Of a stretch of DNA of 64,000 nt, positions 47,353-57,291 are shown in pieces. Origin of the DNA: Phycisphaeraceae bacterium (GTDB lineage: Bacteria; Planctomycetota; Phycisphaerae; Phycisphaerales; Phycisphaeraceae); the NCBI GenBank assembly GCA_963674705.1, contig OY771506.1:3232001-3296000 (forward strand). The letters are read 5' to 3'. The translations under genes and the position numbers were made by a program. Under the pieces are notes generated by a model. It was not told the origin of the DNA, ran no database searches, and saw only the letters and a program-made list of their open reading frames with translations. How positions within the stretch are numbered: position 1 is the stretch's first letter; every line of letters begins with the position of its first letter.

Positions 47353-48711
47353 TTAGCGGCGACGCAGCATCGCGAACGCGCCGAGGCCGACCAGGGCGAG
47401 AGTCGCCGGTTCAGGCACGAGGGCCGGCGGCGGAGGCGTGCCGGCGTTCCAGTTGTTCAGCACGATGTCCAGGTCGTCCAGCCCGACGAAGCCGTCACCC
47501 GAAGGATCAGCCGCGGCGTCAGCCGGCGGTACGTTCTGGTTCCACGCGCCGAGGATGATGTCCAGGTCGTCCAGCCCGACGAAGCCATCGTGGTTCAAGT
47601 CGCCTTCAATACCCTGGGTAATGGTCACGAACTGGTCACCAGCGATCGCGGAGAGATCGACGCCGGCCATCGAGCCGGTCCAGCCGCCTGCGCCATCGCC
47701 ACCGGGATTGCCGGCGAGGATGCCCGTACCGCTGAACTGGTTGGATGCATAATCATGACCGCTGCCGTTGATGAACGCGGTGACCTTGATGTTACCGTTC
47801 GTGTTGCCGATCGCGTCTAGCGGGATGGCAAACTCATAACCGGTGGTCACCTGACCTGCCAGCACATCGTAACCGTCGATCGACGCGTCGTTGGTGTTGC
47901 CGTTACCGATCACGCCGCCGGCGATCGGTGTTGCTACCGGATCACCGCCGTCATCCGCGTAAGCGTTGACGTTGTTCGTGCCCATCAGCAGGCCGATGAC
48001 GTTTTCCATATCACGGTGGTTCAGTTCATTGTCCGGATCAGACAGGGCATCCCACGGCTCAAAGAATTCGTGCAGCGGGTTGCCGATCGGATCGTTGTTG
48101 TTCTGGTCAACCAGTTCACCCTGGCTCAGGCCGGGCTCCAGGCCGCCGGCGTTGAGCTGGCCGCCGAGTGCGTAGACGTTGCCGCTGGAGCCGTTGCCCA
48201 GCTCCGCATAGTGAGCGGTGACGATCCAGCCGCTTGTGCCCAACGCGCCGCCGGCATTTTCCGTGCCGTGCGAGATCGTAATCAGGTAGTCGGCATTGAA
48301 GCCGGTATCAAAGGTCAAACCGTCCATACGCTGAAGCGCGCCGTCGGTCGTGCCGAAGCCGCCGCAGCAGAACGCATCCACCGCGACCGGCAGATTCGCA
48401 CCGTCGATGGTATTCACGCCGCCATCCACCGAATCGATGAAGATCTCGAGCTTGTTGAAGTTGCTTTCCAGGTTGCCTGCGATCATCAGTTTCAGGTAGC
48501 CGTTCTCGACGATGCCGTAGATGGCGTCGATTTCCGAGCCGTTGCCGAAGATCGGATCGGCAAGGTTGCTGTCGCCGAAGCCGGTGTTGGTGTTCTGCAC
48601 CGACAGGGCGGCGCCGTAGCCGGCATCGACGGTGCCGTCGATAACGACCTGCCCCTGCGCGACACCCGCCGCGAGAAGCGAGATGGAAAGGGCTGATGCT
48701 AGGTGTTTCAC
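47353..48711 (-). CDS. PEP-CTERM surface protein with dockerin tail (beta-rich domain, possibly carbohydrate-binding)
   Basis: GTG after AGGAGG; signal peptide; GYEFAIPL; dockerin repeats; VPEP-TM-RRR. Confidence 0.88.
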   Translation of the reverse strand: MKHLASALSISLLAAGVAQGQVVIDGTVDAGYGAALSVQNTNTGFGDSNLADPIFGNGSEIDAIYGIVENGYLKLMIAGNLESNFNKLEIFIDSVDGGVNTIDGANLPVAVDAFCCGGFGTTDGALQRMDGLTFDTGFNADYLITISHGTENAGGALGTSGWIVTAHYAELGNGSSGNVYALGGQLNAGGLEPGLSQGELVDQNNNDPIGNPLHEFFEPWDALSDPDNELNHRDMENVIGLLMGTNNVNAYADDGGDPVATPIAGGVIGNGNTNDASIDGYDVLAGQVTTGYEFAIPLDAIGNTNGNIKVTAFINGSGHDYASNQFSGTGILAGNPGGDGAGGWTGSMAGVDLSAIAGDQFVTITQGIEGDLNHDGFVGLDDLDIILGAWNQNVPPADAAADPSGDGFVGLDDLDIVLNNWNAGTPPPPALVPEPATLALVGLGAFAMLRRR

Positions 48712-48848
48712 GTTCTATCCTCCTGAGTGAAGTAAAAGGGCGAAATCAAAAAGTAAGGCAAGCCCCTCGGAATCGGTCATGAATGTGCTTGCTGTCAGGT
48801 AACGAATGACACTCCCAATGCTTTGATTGACTGTTGTACTTTAACAAC

Positions 48849-48864
48849 GCTTAACCGATTTAGC
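48849..48864. promoter_or_regulatory. Imperfect LacI-type palindrome GCTTAACCGATTTAGC
   Basis: Central CG, 12/16 self-complementary, resembles the site at 49279. Confidence 0.45.
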
Positions 48865-49278
48865 AATACTTAATTCCAAGACGGCGCCATGAAATGGGGC
48901 CCGCCCCAGTTCATTTATGCCTCAATATTGTGGAAAAACCAGTCTTGGCAAGGAATTATCTCAGATATTCAATTTTATTTAGCACGACTCACAACTGGGC
49001 CCACAATCCGCTGGAAATCCGAGGCTCAGCCGCGGCAGTGTTGTGAATTATATGTAAATATCTATGGTAAAATGATTTAAAAATATGGGTGATTGCTGTT
49101 AAATAAAAAAGGTTGACCTTCCTGTTTCTGCCGATATGATAAATAAGGCTGTTGTGGTGGCGCAGAGTCCTGTTTTAGCCCCACAATAGAACCATCCGGC
49201 GGGGTTTGGGCCGTTTCTGTTCTAGCCCCGCCCCGTTGTTGGAAGTGCCGGCTTGCCGGTTTTTTTTCAAAGGAATCG

Positions 49279-49292
49279 TTAAACCGGTTTAA
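49279..49292. promoter_or_regulatory. Perfect LacI-type palindrome TTAAACCGGTTTAA
   Basis: 14-bp perfect palindrome with central CG, ~40 nt upstream of the DUF1559 gene. Confidence 0.6.
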
Positions 49293-49331
49293 TAATCTCG
49301 CTGATCTGACACGCAACGCTTGGAGGCTCGC

Positions 49332-50321
49332 ATGGACCGCATCAACCACAACTCACGCCCCCCGGTATCAACCCCCCCGCAAACCAACACACATGCCGGC
49401 TTCACACTCATTGAGTTGCTGGTCGTGATCTCGATCATCGCGCTGCTGGTCGGCATCCTCCTGCCCGCCCTCGGCGCCGCACGACGCACCGCCCAGAATT
49501 CGCAATGCCTTTCAAACGTCCGGCAGATGGACACCGCCGCCATGTCCTTCGCCGCCGACCACCGCTTCCACGTACAGATCTCCAGCTCGGATACCCTGTG
49601 GGTACCCGGCCCGCTTCCAAGTGAACTTCGCGGCAAACAAGCACAGTACACTGACCAAACCGGTGGTAATCAAGGCCGCGTTAAAGATTGGGCCAGTGCG
49701 ATCGTGCCGTACATGGGCGGGGATCCGAATTCTGACTTCGAAAATGCCGATCCAAAGGTATCTAAAGCCTTTATTTGTCCAAGCGATGCGGGACAGGAAG
49801 CGGGTGCCGAGGGTTACCAGATCTACAACAACATCACCGGCGGCGTGGGTAAGGAAAACGAACCCATCTCCTACGGTGTGAATGCGGACACCACCACCTA
49901 CAACAACAATGGTTCTGCTGATGGTGGACTGTGGGCTTCCGGATTTACGATCAGACCTTTCAAGGGTGACGTCACTAACGGCAACTTGGATTCTATCCGC
50001 ACAACCTCCAGCACGATGATGTATGCGGATTGCGGCACCGCCCGGGGGGTTGGCCAGCCCCTGCTGATTGCCGGTGATCAACTGTTCTATTCCGCCTCAG
50101 CTCCACTTAACACGGACCCGAACGATGAAGTCTCCGGTACACTCGGAGCGGTGTATGAGAATACCCGTGCCCGGTATCGCATGCCGCTAGCAGAAAACGA
50201 AACACCTGAAGGCCCCGCCGACCGCCACGGCGACAAGATCAACGTTGCCTTCGCCGACGGCCACGCCGCAGGCTTCGGCACCGGTGACTTCGATCAGGTC
50301 TACCTCTCGCCACACAAATAA
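49332..50321 (+). CDS. Prepilin-type N-terminal cleavage/methylation protein with H-X9-DG motif (DUF1559 family)
   Basis: GFTLIELLVVISIIALLVGILLPAL, FICPSD, SYGVN, RHGDKINVAFADGH; ATG after GGAGG. Confidence 0.95.
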   Translation: MDRINHNSRPPVSTPPQTNTHAGFTLIELLVVISIIALLVGILLPALGAARRTAQNSQCLSNVRQMDTAAMSFAADHRFHVQISSSDTLWVPGPLPSELRGKQAQYTDQTGGNQGRVKDWASAIVPYMGGDPNSDFENADPKVSKAFICPSDAGQEAGAEGYQIYNNITGGVGKENEPISYGVNADTTTYNNNGSADGGLWASGFTIRPFKGDVTNGNLDSIRTTSSTMMYADCGTARGVGQPLLIAGDQLFYSASAPLNTDPNDEVSGTLGAVYENTRARYRMPLAENETPEGPADRHGDKINVAFADGHAAGFGTGDFDQVYLSPHK

Positions 50322-50356
50322 ACCATGTACCGCGGACATTGCGGCCATCAACCAAC

Positions 50357-50386
50357 AAGCCCCGGTTCGCACGCCGGGGCTTTTTT
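50357..50386 (+). terminator. Rho-independent terminator
   Basis: AAGCCCCGG-loop-CCGGGGCTT followed by a T run. Confidence 0.85.
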
Positions 50387-50437
50387 ACATCCATCTTGTG
50401 TTTGTACTGGATCGAAGACATGAATGACTTCGATCAA

Positions 50438-50510
<73 letters not shown>

Positions 50511-50534
50511 GGTAAAAATACCGTCGAGTCACGG

Positions 50535-50562
50535 ATTCTAAACACACTGCGTGGGGTGTCAA
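50535..50562 (-). promoter_or_regulatory. Near-consensus sigma70 promoter of tRNA-Lys(CTT)
   Basis: TTGACA-16 nt-TAGAAT on the minus strand, 24 nt upstream of the tRNA. Confidence 0.8.
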
Positions 50563-50568
50563 GCGGCC

Positions 50569-50610
50569 TCGGGTATCGTCGTTCGGGTATCGGGCTTCGG
50601 ATATCGGGTG
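50569..50610. repeat. Heptamer array (TCGGGTA consensus) x6
   Basis: tcgggta tcgtcgt tcgggta tcgggct tcggata tcgggtg; same unit as the mutS and priA insertions. Confidence 0.85.
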
Positions 50611-50660
50611 TGGGCACTAAAAATCCCTGATTGCTAATCGTTAATCGCGAATGTCTCATC

Positions 50661-50830
50661 AACGCCGGTTCTGAGCGAAGCGAAGGGCCGGGCAGTGGGG
50701 GGGGAAAGCCGTTAGCCATTAGCCGTTAGCAATACAATTCTCACACCTCACACCTCACACCTCACACCTCACACCTCACACCTCACACCCGAAAACCACC
50801 CGGACCTTCGCTTTGCTCAGGACCGGCGTT
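50661..50830. mobile_element. 170-bp MITE/REP-doublet-like element with 32-bp inverted arms enclosing (GCCGTTA)n and (CTCACAC)7
   Basis: Arms 50661-50692 and 50799-50830 (3 mismatches); seven perfect CTCACAC copies at 50740-50788. Confidence 0.65.
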
Positions 50831-50846
50831 GGCTGAACAATGAAAT

Positions 50847-50900
50847 CCCATCCCAACCCCCAATCCCCAATCCCACAACCCCCAACCCCAACCCCCAACC
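50847..50900. repeat. CCCCAAT/CCCCAAC-type repeat tract
   Basis: Eight C-tracts of 3-5 nt separated by 2-4 nt spacers. Confidence 0.85.
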
Positions 50901-50960
50901 ATCCGCCACTTTGCCGCCATTTGCCCACTGACTTATGATCTGACCGACCGACACTTTATC

Positions 50961-52124
50961 GTGACAGGTCTGGAGCAACGGATGCGACAGAATGCAAAGA
51001 CAGATCAGGGACGGCCGTGCCGTTGGCTCGGTGGGCTGGTATTGCTGGTGATGCTGGTGATTACGCTGCCGGCTGCCGCGCAGCAGCGATATGAGCTGGA
51101 GGATGATAGCTGGGTTCGTCAGCAGCCACCGCCGGCCGGTTCTGCTGAGGCCGAGTTGCAAGCGATCCGCAAGCTCATCGCTCAGGGCAAGGGTAAGGAA
51201 GCCAAGCACCAGGCTGATGACTGGATCGAAGCCAATCCCGACCACCAGCTGATGCCCGAGGCCTTGCTCATCCGTGGTGACGCCAACGTCGCTCGCGAGC
51301 ACTTTTTCAAGTCGCTGTTCGATTACGAAAAACTCATCCGCGAGTACCCCGGCTCGGAGCAGTTCCACACCGCGTTACAGCGGGAATTCGAGCTTGCCAA
51401 GCTTTTCATGGCCGGGACCAAACGTCGGTTGTGGGGCATGCGGATACTGCCCGCCAAAGACGAGGCCGAGGAAATCCTCGTCCGCATCCAGGAACGCCTG
51501 CCCGGTAGCGAGTTAGGCGAAGATGCAAGCATCACCCTCGCGGACTACTACTTCGACAAGCCGCAGATGGATAGCGCCGCCGACGCCTACGACCTTTTCC
51601 TGGTCAACTATCCCAACAGCTCGCGTAAAGAGTGGGCGATGCTCCGGCTGATCCAGGCCAACCTCGCCCGCTTCAAAGGCCCACGCTTCGACGCCACCGG
51701 GCTCATCGAAGCCGGTCAACGCCTCAAGACCTACCGCGTCGAGTATCCCGCCGCCGCCGAACGTATCGGCGTTGATGCGCTATTGATCCGCATCGATGAA
51801 TCTCTGGCGATGCGTGACATGGTCGCCGCCGACTGGCACGTCAAACGCAAGCAACCGCTCAGCGCGATCTATCTCTATCGCCGGGTCATTCAGGACTTCC
51901 CGCAGACCGCCGCCGCCCAGGACGCCATCAAGAAGCTGGCCGACCTCGGCGCCGAACCCATGGCCGTGTCTGCGCCTTCCGATGAAAGCAAGATCACCAT
52001 CGAGCTTGAGCCGCAAGCCGATCCCAGGCAGATGCAAGAGCCCCAGCCGATCACCAATCCCGAAACCTTCCCCGGCCCGACGCCCGCCGGGGTGCCCCGT
52101 CCGACCGAGTCCCTGCCGGAGTAG
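50961..52124 (+). CDS. bamD: Outer membrane protein assembly factor BamD-like TPR protein
   Basis: TPR repeats (LIREYPGS, FLVNYPNS), 'SAIYLYRRVIQDFPQTAAA..A' BamD-type end; next to lptE; no lipobox seen; start uncertain. Confidence 0.75.
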   Translation: MTGLEQRMRQNAKTDQGRPCRWLGGLVLLVMLVITLPAAAQQRYELEDDSWVRQQPPPAGSAEAELQAIRKLIAQGKGKEAKHQADDWIEANPDHQLMPEALLIRGDANVAREHFFKSLFDYEKLIREYPGSEQFHTALQREFELAKLFMAGTKRRLWGMRILPAKDEAEEILVRIQERLPGSELGEDASITLADYYFDKPQMDSAADAYDLFLVNYPNSSRKEWAMLRLIQANLARFKGPRFDATGLIEAGQRLKTYRVEYPAAAERIGVDALLIRIDESLAMRDMVAADWHVKRKQPLSAIYLYRRVIQDFPQTAAAQDAIKKLADLGAEPMAVSAPSDESKITIELEPQADPRQMQEPQPITNPETFPGPTPAGVPRPTESLPE

Positions 52125-52150
52125 CCCTAATGGTTTATTTTCTGAAGTGC

Positions 52151-52657
52151 ATGACAATCGGTCGGCTCTGCGGCCTGCTGCTCATCCTCATGGTCGGCTG
52201 CCTCTCGGGCTGTGGCTACAGCAGCAAGGAACTGTTCCCCGAGCAGTACAACACCGTCGCGGTGCCCATATTTGAGAACCGCACGTTCTACCGCGGGATG
52301 GAGTTTGAACTGGCCGAGGCCATGGTCAAGCAGATCGAATCACGAACCCCATACAAGGTTGTCTCCCCCGGCACCGCTCAGACGATCCTCGAAGGCACGA
52401 TCACCGACGTCCAACAGGTACAACTGAGCCGGCGTCGGCCAGGCGGCGTGCCCCAGGAAGTCGAACTCACCGTCACCATCGACTTCGTCTGGAAAGACCT
52501 GACCACGGGTGAACTGATCACGGATCGGCGGGGATTCGCCGCGGTCGGCCGACACATACCGACAGCCGGCATCAACGAGCCGTTTGAGGTCGCTCAGCAC
52601 GCCGCTCTGCAACGCATGGCCGAGGACGTCGTCTCTACCATGCGATCGGACTGGTAA
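52151..52657 (+). CDS. lptE: LptE-family lipoprotein
   Basis: Lipobox LSGC-GY, TVAVPIFENRT, ILEGTIT; start 52151 or 52130. Confidence 0.8.
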   Translation: MTIGRLCGLLLILMVGCLSGCGYSSKELFPEQYNTVAVPIFENRTFYRGMEFELAEAMVKQIESRTPYKVVSPGTAQTILEGTITDVQQVQLSRRRPGGVPQEVELTVTIDFVWKDLTTGELITDRRGFAAVGRHIPTAGINEPFEVAQHAALQRMAEDVVSTMRSDW

Positions 52658-52887
52658 ATCAGCGGATAATCCGATCCCTGAGAGGGATGATCGATCCAAC
52701 GGCCGGTAAACAGGCCTGTGTTGTATTTTTTATACTTTCCGGATAGTTATCCGGGCCTAAATCGGTGTCGGTGAGTCGAATAGCCGATACAAAACAGGCA
52801 CTGGGCGGATACCCGGCCTACAATACCACCGCCCAGACGCGACCGGTTCGTGCGGACCGGCGGCTTCCCGGAATATGTGAGAGACGC

Positions 52888-54936
52888 ATGCCCGATCCCA
52901 AGAACTCCGATCCCAGTGGACCCAAACGCGATAACGGCCCCGGCGGCAACGGTCAGCCACCACACGGCCCGCGCAATCCCGGCCCGTTCTCACGCAGCAT
53001 GATCAGTTGGATGCTCATCGCGGGTGTGGCGATCGCGCTGTTCCTCATGTTCAGCTCACAGCAGAACCGCCCGTCGATGAAAACCTGGCATGAGTTCAAG
53101 GATTACATCGCGCAGGATGCGTTCGACGGCGCTGTCACCGTAGAGACCACGCAGATCGTCGGCGAGCTGAAAGAAGAATTCAGAGGCACATTGGCCGAGG
53201 GCGCCCCGAACAACCGCGTCGCCTTCGCCATCGACGGACGCAGCGAAAGCCTCTTCATTGCCGAACTCGACCGACTCGGCCAGAAGTTCGAGATCAATAC
53301 AGATAGCGGCCTGTTGGTTCAGTTCCTCATGAGCTGGGGCCCGTTCTTCCTGATCGCGTTCCTGATCTACTTCTTCGTCTTCCGCTCCCTGCGTAACGCC
53401 GGCGGCGGTCCCGGCATGCTCGGTAGCTTCGGCCGATCCAAGCACAAACTCGTCAACAAGGAACACTCCACCGTCACGCTCCAGGACGTCGCGGGTATCG
53501 AAGAAGCCAAGGACGAGATCGGTGAGATCATCGAATTCCTCAAGAACCCCAAGAAGTTCCAACGCCTCGGCGGGCGCGTCCCGCGCGGCGTGCTGCTGAT
53601 CGGTTCACCCGGCTGTGGCAAGACGCTGCTCGCTAAGGCTGTCGCCGGCGAAGCGGACGTGCCGTTCTTCTCCATCAGTGGTTCGGACTTCGTCGAGATG
53701 TTCGTCGGCGTTGGTGCGTCGCGCGTCCGTGACCTGTTCAAGCAGGCCAAGGACTCCTCACCATGCATCATCTTCCTGGATGAAATCGACGCCGTCGGCC
53801 GCCGACGTGGTAACGGCTACTCCTCCGGTGGACACGATGAACGCGAACAAACCCTCAACGCCATCCTCGTCGAGATGGACGGCTTCGAGTCGAACGACCA
53901 GGTCATCGTCATGGCCGCGACCAACCGCTCCGACGTGCTGGACCCGGCACTGACGCGCCCCGGCCGATTCGACCGCCAGATCACCGTCCCGCTGCCCGAC
54001 GTTAAGGGCCGTGTCGAGATCCTCAAGGTCCACAGCCGCAAGATCAAGATGAGCCCGGATGTCGACCTCGAGAAGCTCGCCCGTGGCACGCCGATGTTCT
54101 CCGGCGCAGACCTCGCCGCGATCATCAACGAAGCCGCCATCGCCGCCACGCTGCTTAATAAAGACTTCGTCGAGCAGGACGATCTGGAAGAAGCACGCGA
54201 CAAGGTCAAGTGGGGCCGGGCCCGCAAGAGCCACCGTGTCGAGGAAGAGGAAAAGGTCGCAACCGCCTGGCACGAAGCGGGCCATGCCGTGGTGCAGTAC
54301 CTGCTGCCGCACGCCGACCCGCTGCACAAGGTCACGATCATCCCGCGCGGCCAGTCGATGGGCGCAACCATCGGCCTGCCCGAAAAAGATCGACACAACT
54401 ACACGCGCAAGTACATCCACGACACCATGCGTGTGCTCTGCGCAGGACGCATCGCCGAAGAACGCAAGACCGACGACGTCTCCAGCGGCGCAGCGATGGA
54501 TATCCGCATGGCCACCAGCATGGCCCGCCACATGATCCTGCAGTGGGGCATGAGCGAACGCCTCGGCTTCATCGACTTCAGCCCGCAGGACGACGGGACA
54601 TACTTCCCCGAGAAGTCCTACTCGCCTGATACCGCTCGCATCATCGATGAGGAAATCAAATCACTCACCGACGATGCCTACAAAGACACCGAACGCATCA
54701 TCGCCGAAAACTGGCAGAAGGTATGCGACCTCGGCGAAGCGCTTTTGAAGTATGAAACGCTGAACAAGGACGAGGTCGGCAAGATCATGAGCGGTGAAAA
54801 ACTCACCAAGGCCACCGTCAGCGAACTGCTCCAGGCGGAAAAAGAAAAATCTGAATCCGCCGGCGAAAAGCCGAAAAAAGAGCCCAAGCCCGACCTCGAT
54901 GAGGGCCCCTCCGGCGTCATGCCAAGCCCGGCATAA
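52888..54936 (+). CDS. ftsH: ATP-dependent zinc metalloprotease FtsH
   Basis: Two TM segments, [28 protein letters not shown]; start MPDPK. Confidence 0.98.
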   Translation: MPDPKNSDPSGPKRDNGPGGNGQPPHGPRNPGPFSRSMISWMLIAGVAIALFLMFSSQQNRPSMKTWHEFKDYIAQDAFDGAVTVETTQIVGELKEEFRGTLAEGAPNNRVAFAIDGRSESLFIAELDRLGQKFEINTDSGLLVQFLMSWGPFFLIAFLIYFFVFRSLRNAGGGPGMLGSFGRSKHKLVNKEHSTVTLQDVAGIEEAKDEIGEIIEFLKNPKKFQRLGGRVPRGVLLIGSPGCGKTLLAKAVAGEADVPFFSISGSDFVEMFVGVGASRVRDLFKQAKDSSPCIIFLDEIDAVGRRRGNGYSSGGHDEREQTLNAILVEMDGFESNDQVIVMAATNRSDVLDPALTRPGRFDRQITVPLPDVKGRVEILKVHSRKIKMSPDVDLEKLARGTPMFSGADLAAIINEAAIAATLLNKDFVEQDDLEEARDKVKWGRARKSHRVEEEEKVATAWHEAGHAVVQYLLPHADPLHKVTIIPRGQSMGATIGLPEKDRHNYTRKYIHDTMRVLCAGRIAEERKTDDVSSGAAMDIRMATSMARHMILQWGMSERLGFIDFSPQDDGTYFPEKSYSPDTARIIDEEIKSLTDDAYKDTERIIAENWQKVCDLGEALLKYETLNKDEVGKIMSGEKLTKATVSELLQAEKEKSESAGEKPKKEPKPDLDEGPSGVMPSPA

Positions 54937-54963
54937 ATTCCGCCATACACTTTCAACAACCCC

Positions 54964-54991
54964 AAGCCCATGCAAACGCATGGGCTTTTTT
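54964..54991 (+). terminator. Rho-independent terminator after ftsH
   Basis: AAGCCCATGC-AAAC-GCATGGGCTT followed by a T run. Confidence 0.9.
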
Positions 54992-55044
54992 CTTTGGCAT
55001 AATCTGCCTGATACAACATGTGTTTTCACTGACCTCAGCATTCT

Positions 55045-55123
55045 CCGTCATCCTCGCGCAGGCGGGGATCCATGTCTTTGGAATCATTGATCGCGTAGAT
55101 TCCCGGTTGCACGGGAATGACGG
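55045..55123. repeat. Palindromic element with RS3/RPE-like arms (CCGTCAT...ATGACGG)
   Basis: Right arm contains exact ATTCCC-N8-GGGAAT (55099-55118); left arm ATCCTC-N8-GGGGAT. Confidence 0.8.
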
Positions 55124-55180
55124 CCACAAAGAACGCAAAACGTGCAGCCATCCGCTATATTGCAGCCGGAAAGGTTACGT

Positions 55181-56104
55181 ATGGAAGATGAAACCTACGA
55201 CCTGATTGATGAGCCGCAGGAAGAGTTGCTTCCTGCGCCCCAAGCCGACGAAGGTCCGATCGATCACGACCTGCCGTGTCGGCATTGCGGCTACAACCTC
55301 CGGGGCATGACCGCCGACAAGCAATGCCCGGAGTGCGGCACGAACGTGGGCCTGTCGCTGCTCGGCGATCAACTACGCTACAGCGACCCGGCCTGGGTGC
55401 GATCACTCGCCCGTGGCATGACCTGGATACTCTGGAGCATGGTGATAAGCCTCACGTTTGCCGTAATGAGTTTGGCTGTCCCCTTCGTGTTTTTTACGCA
55501 TCAGCCCGGCCCACCGGCGTATCTTGAACCGTTGCTTCAGGTCATCGGGCTGATACCACAAGCCTTGTTTCTTGTGGGGATCTGGTTCTTGACCATGCCC
55601 GAGCCCGGCGTGATCGAAAAATCGGACTGGTCCTTACGCAACGTTGTCCGATGGACGGTGATCTTTTCCGCTGTTTTCGCGATGATCAACGCCGGCTTCT
55701 CGATGACATCAGAGCTAGGCTCTGCCGTCGCCGGCCTGCTGGGCGGGATACTGGGGCTTGTGGCTTACATCACCCTGTTTGTCTTCGCCCGACGTCTGGC
55801 GTTACGCGTTCCCGACTATGACCTCGCCAAGCAAACCCGCATTGTCATGTGGGGCTTCATCGCCTGTCTTATCGGCTTCGTCCTTGCCGGCATACTCGCC
55901 GTCGCATTGGCAATCGCAAGTGCGGGAGCGGGATTCGCCGTCGCGCTGATCCCGGTCTGCCTGGTGTTTGTCGCCTACCTCGTCTTTGTCGTCTGGACCC
56001 TGATCCTCGTCATCCGCTACCGCCGCGTCTTCTACGACGCCACCGAAGACGCCGAAAACACATGGTCAAGCGGCGCAACTTTAAACCCGACAACCTTCAC
56101 CTGA
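55181..56104 (+). CDS. Zn-ribbon multi-pass membrane protein, array member 1
   Basis: DLPCRHCGYNLRG..CPECG head then ~6 hydrophobic segments; start MEDET after AAAGG. Confidence 0.88.
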   Translation: MEDETYDLIDEPQEELLPAPQADEGPIDHDLPCRHCGYNLRGMTADKQCPECGTNVGLSLLGDQLRYSDPAWVRSLARGMTWILWSMVISLTFAVMSLAVPFVFFTHQPGPPAYLEPLLQVIGLIPQALFLVGIWFLTMPEPGVIEKSDWSLRNVVRWTVIFSAVFAMINAGFSMTSELGSAVAGLLGGILGLVAYITLFVFARRLALRVPDYDLAKQTRIVMWGFIACLIGFVLAGILAVALAIASAGAGFAVALIPVCLVFVAYLVFVVWTLILVIRYRRVFYDATEDAENTWSSGATLNPTTFT

Positions 56105-56141
56105 TCCCACGCGGCACATCCCTCGCTGAAGGTCCCCCCGA

Positions 56142-56192
56142 CGCGCTCGGCCCGGCTCTCCCGACCCCACCGCAAGACTGACCGAAGGTCTC
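56142..56192. repeat. 51-bp REP-like intergenic module, copy 1
   Basis: 44/51 identical to 58428-58478. Confidence 0.8.
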
Positions 56193-56310
56193 TACGACTA
56201 TCACCCCCCGCACCCACATAAATAGCCCCACGCGGAAGTGTCGGATTACCAACCACCCCTTCGGGGTACCAACTCGCGCCAAGCTTCGTCATTCATGTCA
56301 TAATCCACCC

Positions 56311-57240
56311 ATGGACAACCCTCCGGCGGACATACCAACTCCTGAAGAAAACGTAAACGATGATCTGGTGTTGGACCAATCACAAGTAATCGATCACGAC
56401 CTGCCTTGCCGACAATGTGGCTACAACCTCCGGGGTATGGCTGCTGACAAACTCTGCCCAGAGTGCGGCACAGAAGTGGGGCGGTCGCTACTTGGTGATC
56501 AACTTCGCTACAGCGAACCTCGCTGGGTCCGCAAACTTGCGCGCGGGCTGCGTTGGATATTCATCAGCGTGATCATGCTTTTGCTGATGATTGCCTCGGG
56601 CATGTTGATGCTGCCGATCATGATCTTTTTAGGCGATCAATTCGGTCTGATACCTTTCTTTATGGCAGCACTCGGTTTACTCATGTTTGTTTGCCCCGTT
56701 TGTTATCTGCTGGGTGTCTGGTTCCTCACATCCAGGGAACCACTCGTGATCGAGCCTTCTGAATTGAACGTACGCAGCATCCTGCGTTGGTCGGTCGTAC
56801 TGGCTGTCCTGACCGGTTTTATCAATACGATGTTGCTTGGCTCGGTATCCATCACGTCGGGTATTTTCAGTTACGTACCCCTTGTCATGCATGTGGTCGG
56901 TGCGATCTTGCTGTTCATCTACACACGCCGACTGGCCCTGCGCGCGCCGGATTATGAACTGGCCAGCCAGACCCGCAACGTCATGTGGGGATTAACCGTG
57001 ACCTTCGTCGGCATCGTCGGCTTCCAGATGCTCGAAACAGTATTGAGCGGTCCGACTACTTCCAACAACATCGTGATGTGGTTGAGCATCCCCGTGTGTA
57101 TGTTGACCATAGGGCTACTGGTGTTTGTGATCAGGACGTTTTTCTTACTGAACTACTACCGACGCGTATTCAATCAAACCATCACGGATGCCGAACAAAC
57201 ATGGGCTGGCGAAACACCTTTACCTCCCGCATCCGATTGA
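56311..57240 (+). CDS. Zn-ribbon multi-pass membrane protein, array member 2
   Basis: DLPCRQCGYNLRG..CPECG; TGnCATAAT 6 nt before the ATG. Confidence 0.9.
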   Translation: MDNPPADIPTPEENVNDDLVLDQSQVIDHDLPCRQCGYNLRGMAADKLCPECGTEVGRSLLGDQLRYSEPRWVRKLARGLRWIFISVIMLLLMIASGMLMLPIMIFLGDQFGLIPFFMAALGLLMFVCPVCYLLGVWFLTSREPLVIEPSELNVRSILRWSVVLAVLTGFINTMLLGSVSITSGIFSYVPLVMHVVGAILLFIYTRRLALRAPDYELASQTRNVMWGLTVTFVGIVGFQMLETVLSGPTTSNNIVMWLSIPVCMLTIGLLVFVIRTFFLLNYYRRVFNQTITDAEQTWAGETPLPPASD

Positions 57241-57291
57241 TCCAAAGCCCGCCCAAGCGACAAACCAACCCCGATCGCGCATAATCCACCC

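Noticed and set aside
50661..50900. Possible CRISPR array
   Set aside because: Repeats are 7-mers or inverted arms without unique spacers of regular length; no cas genes in the window
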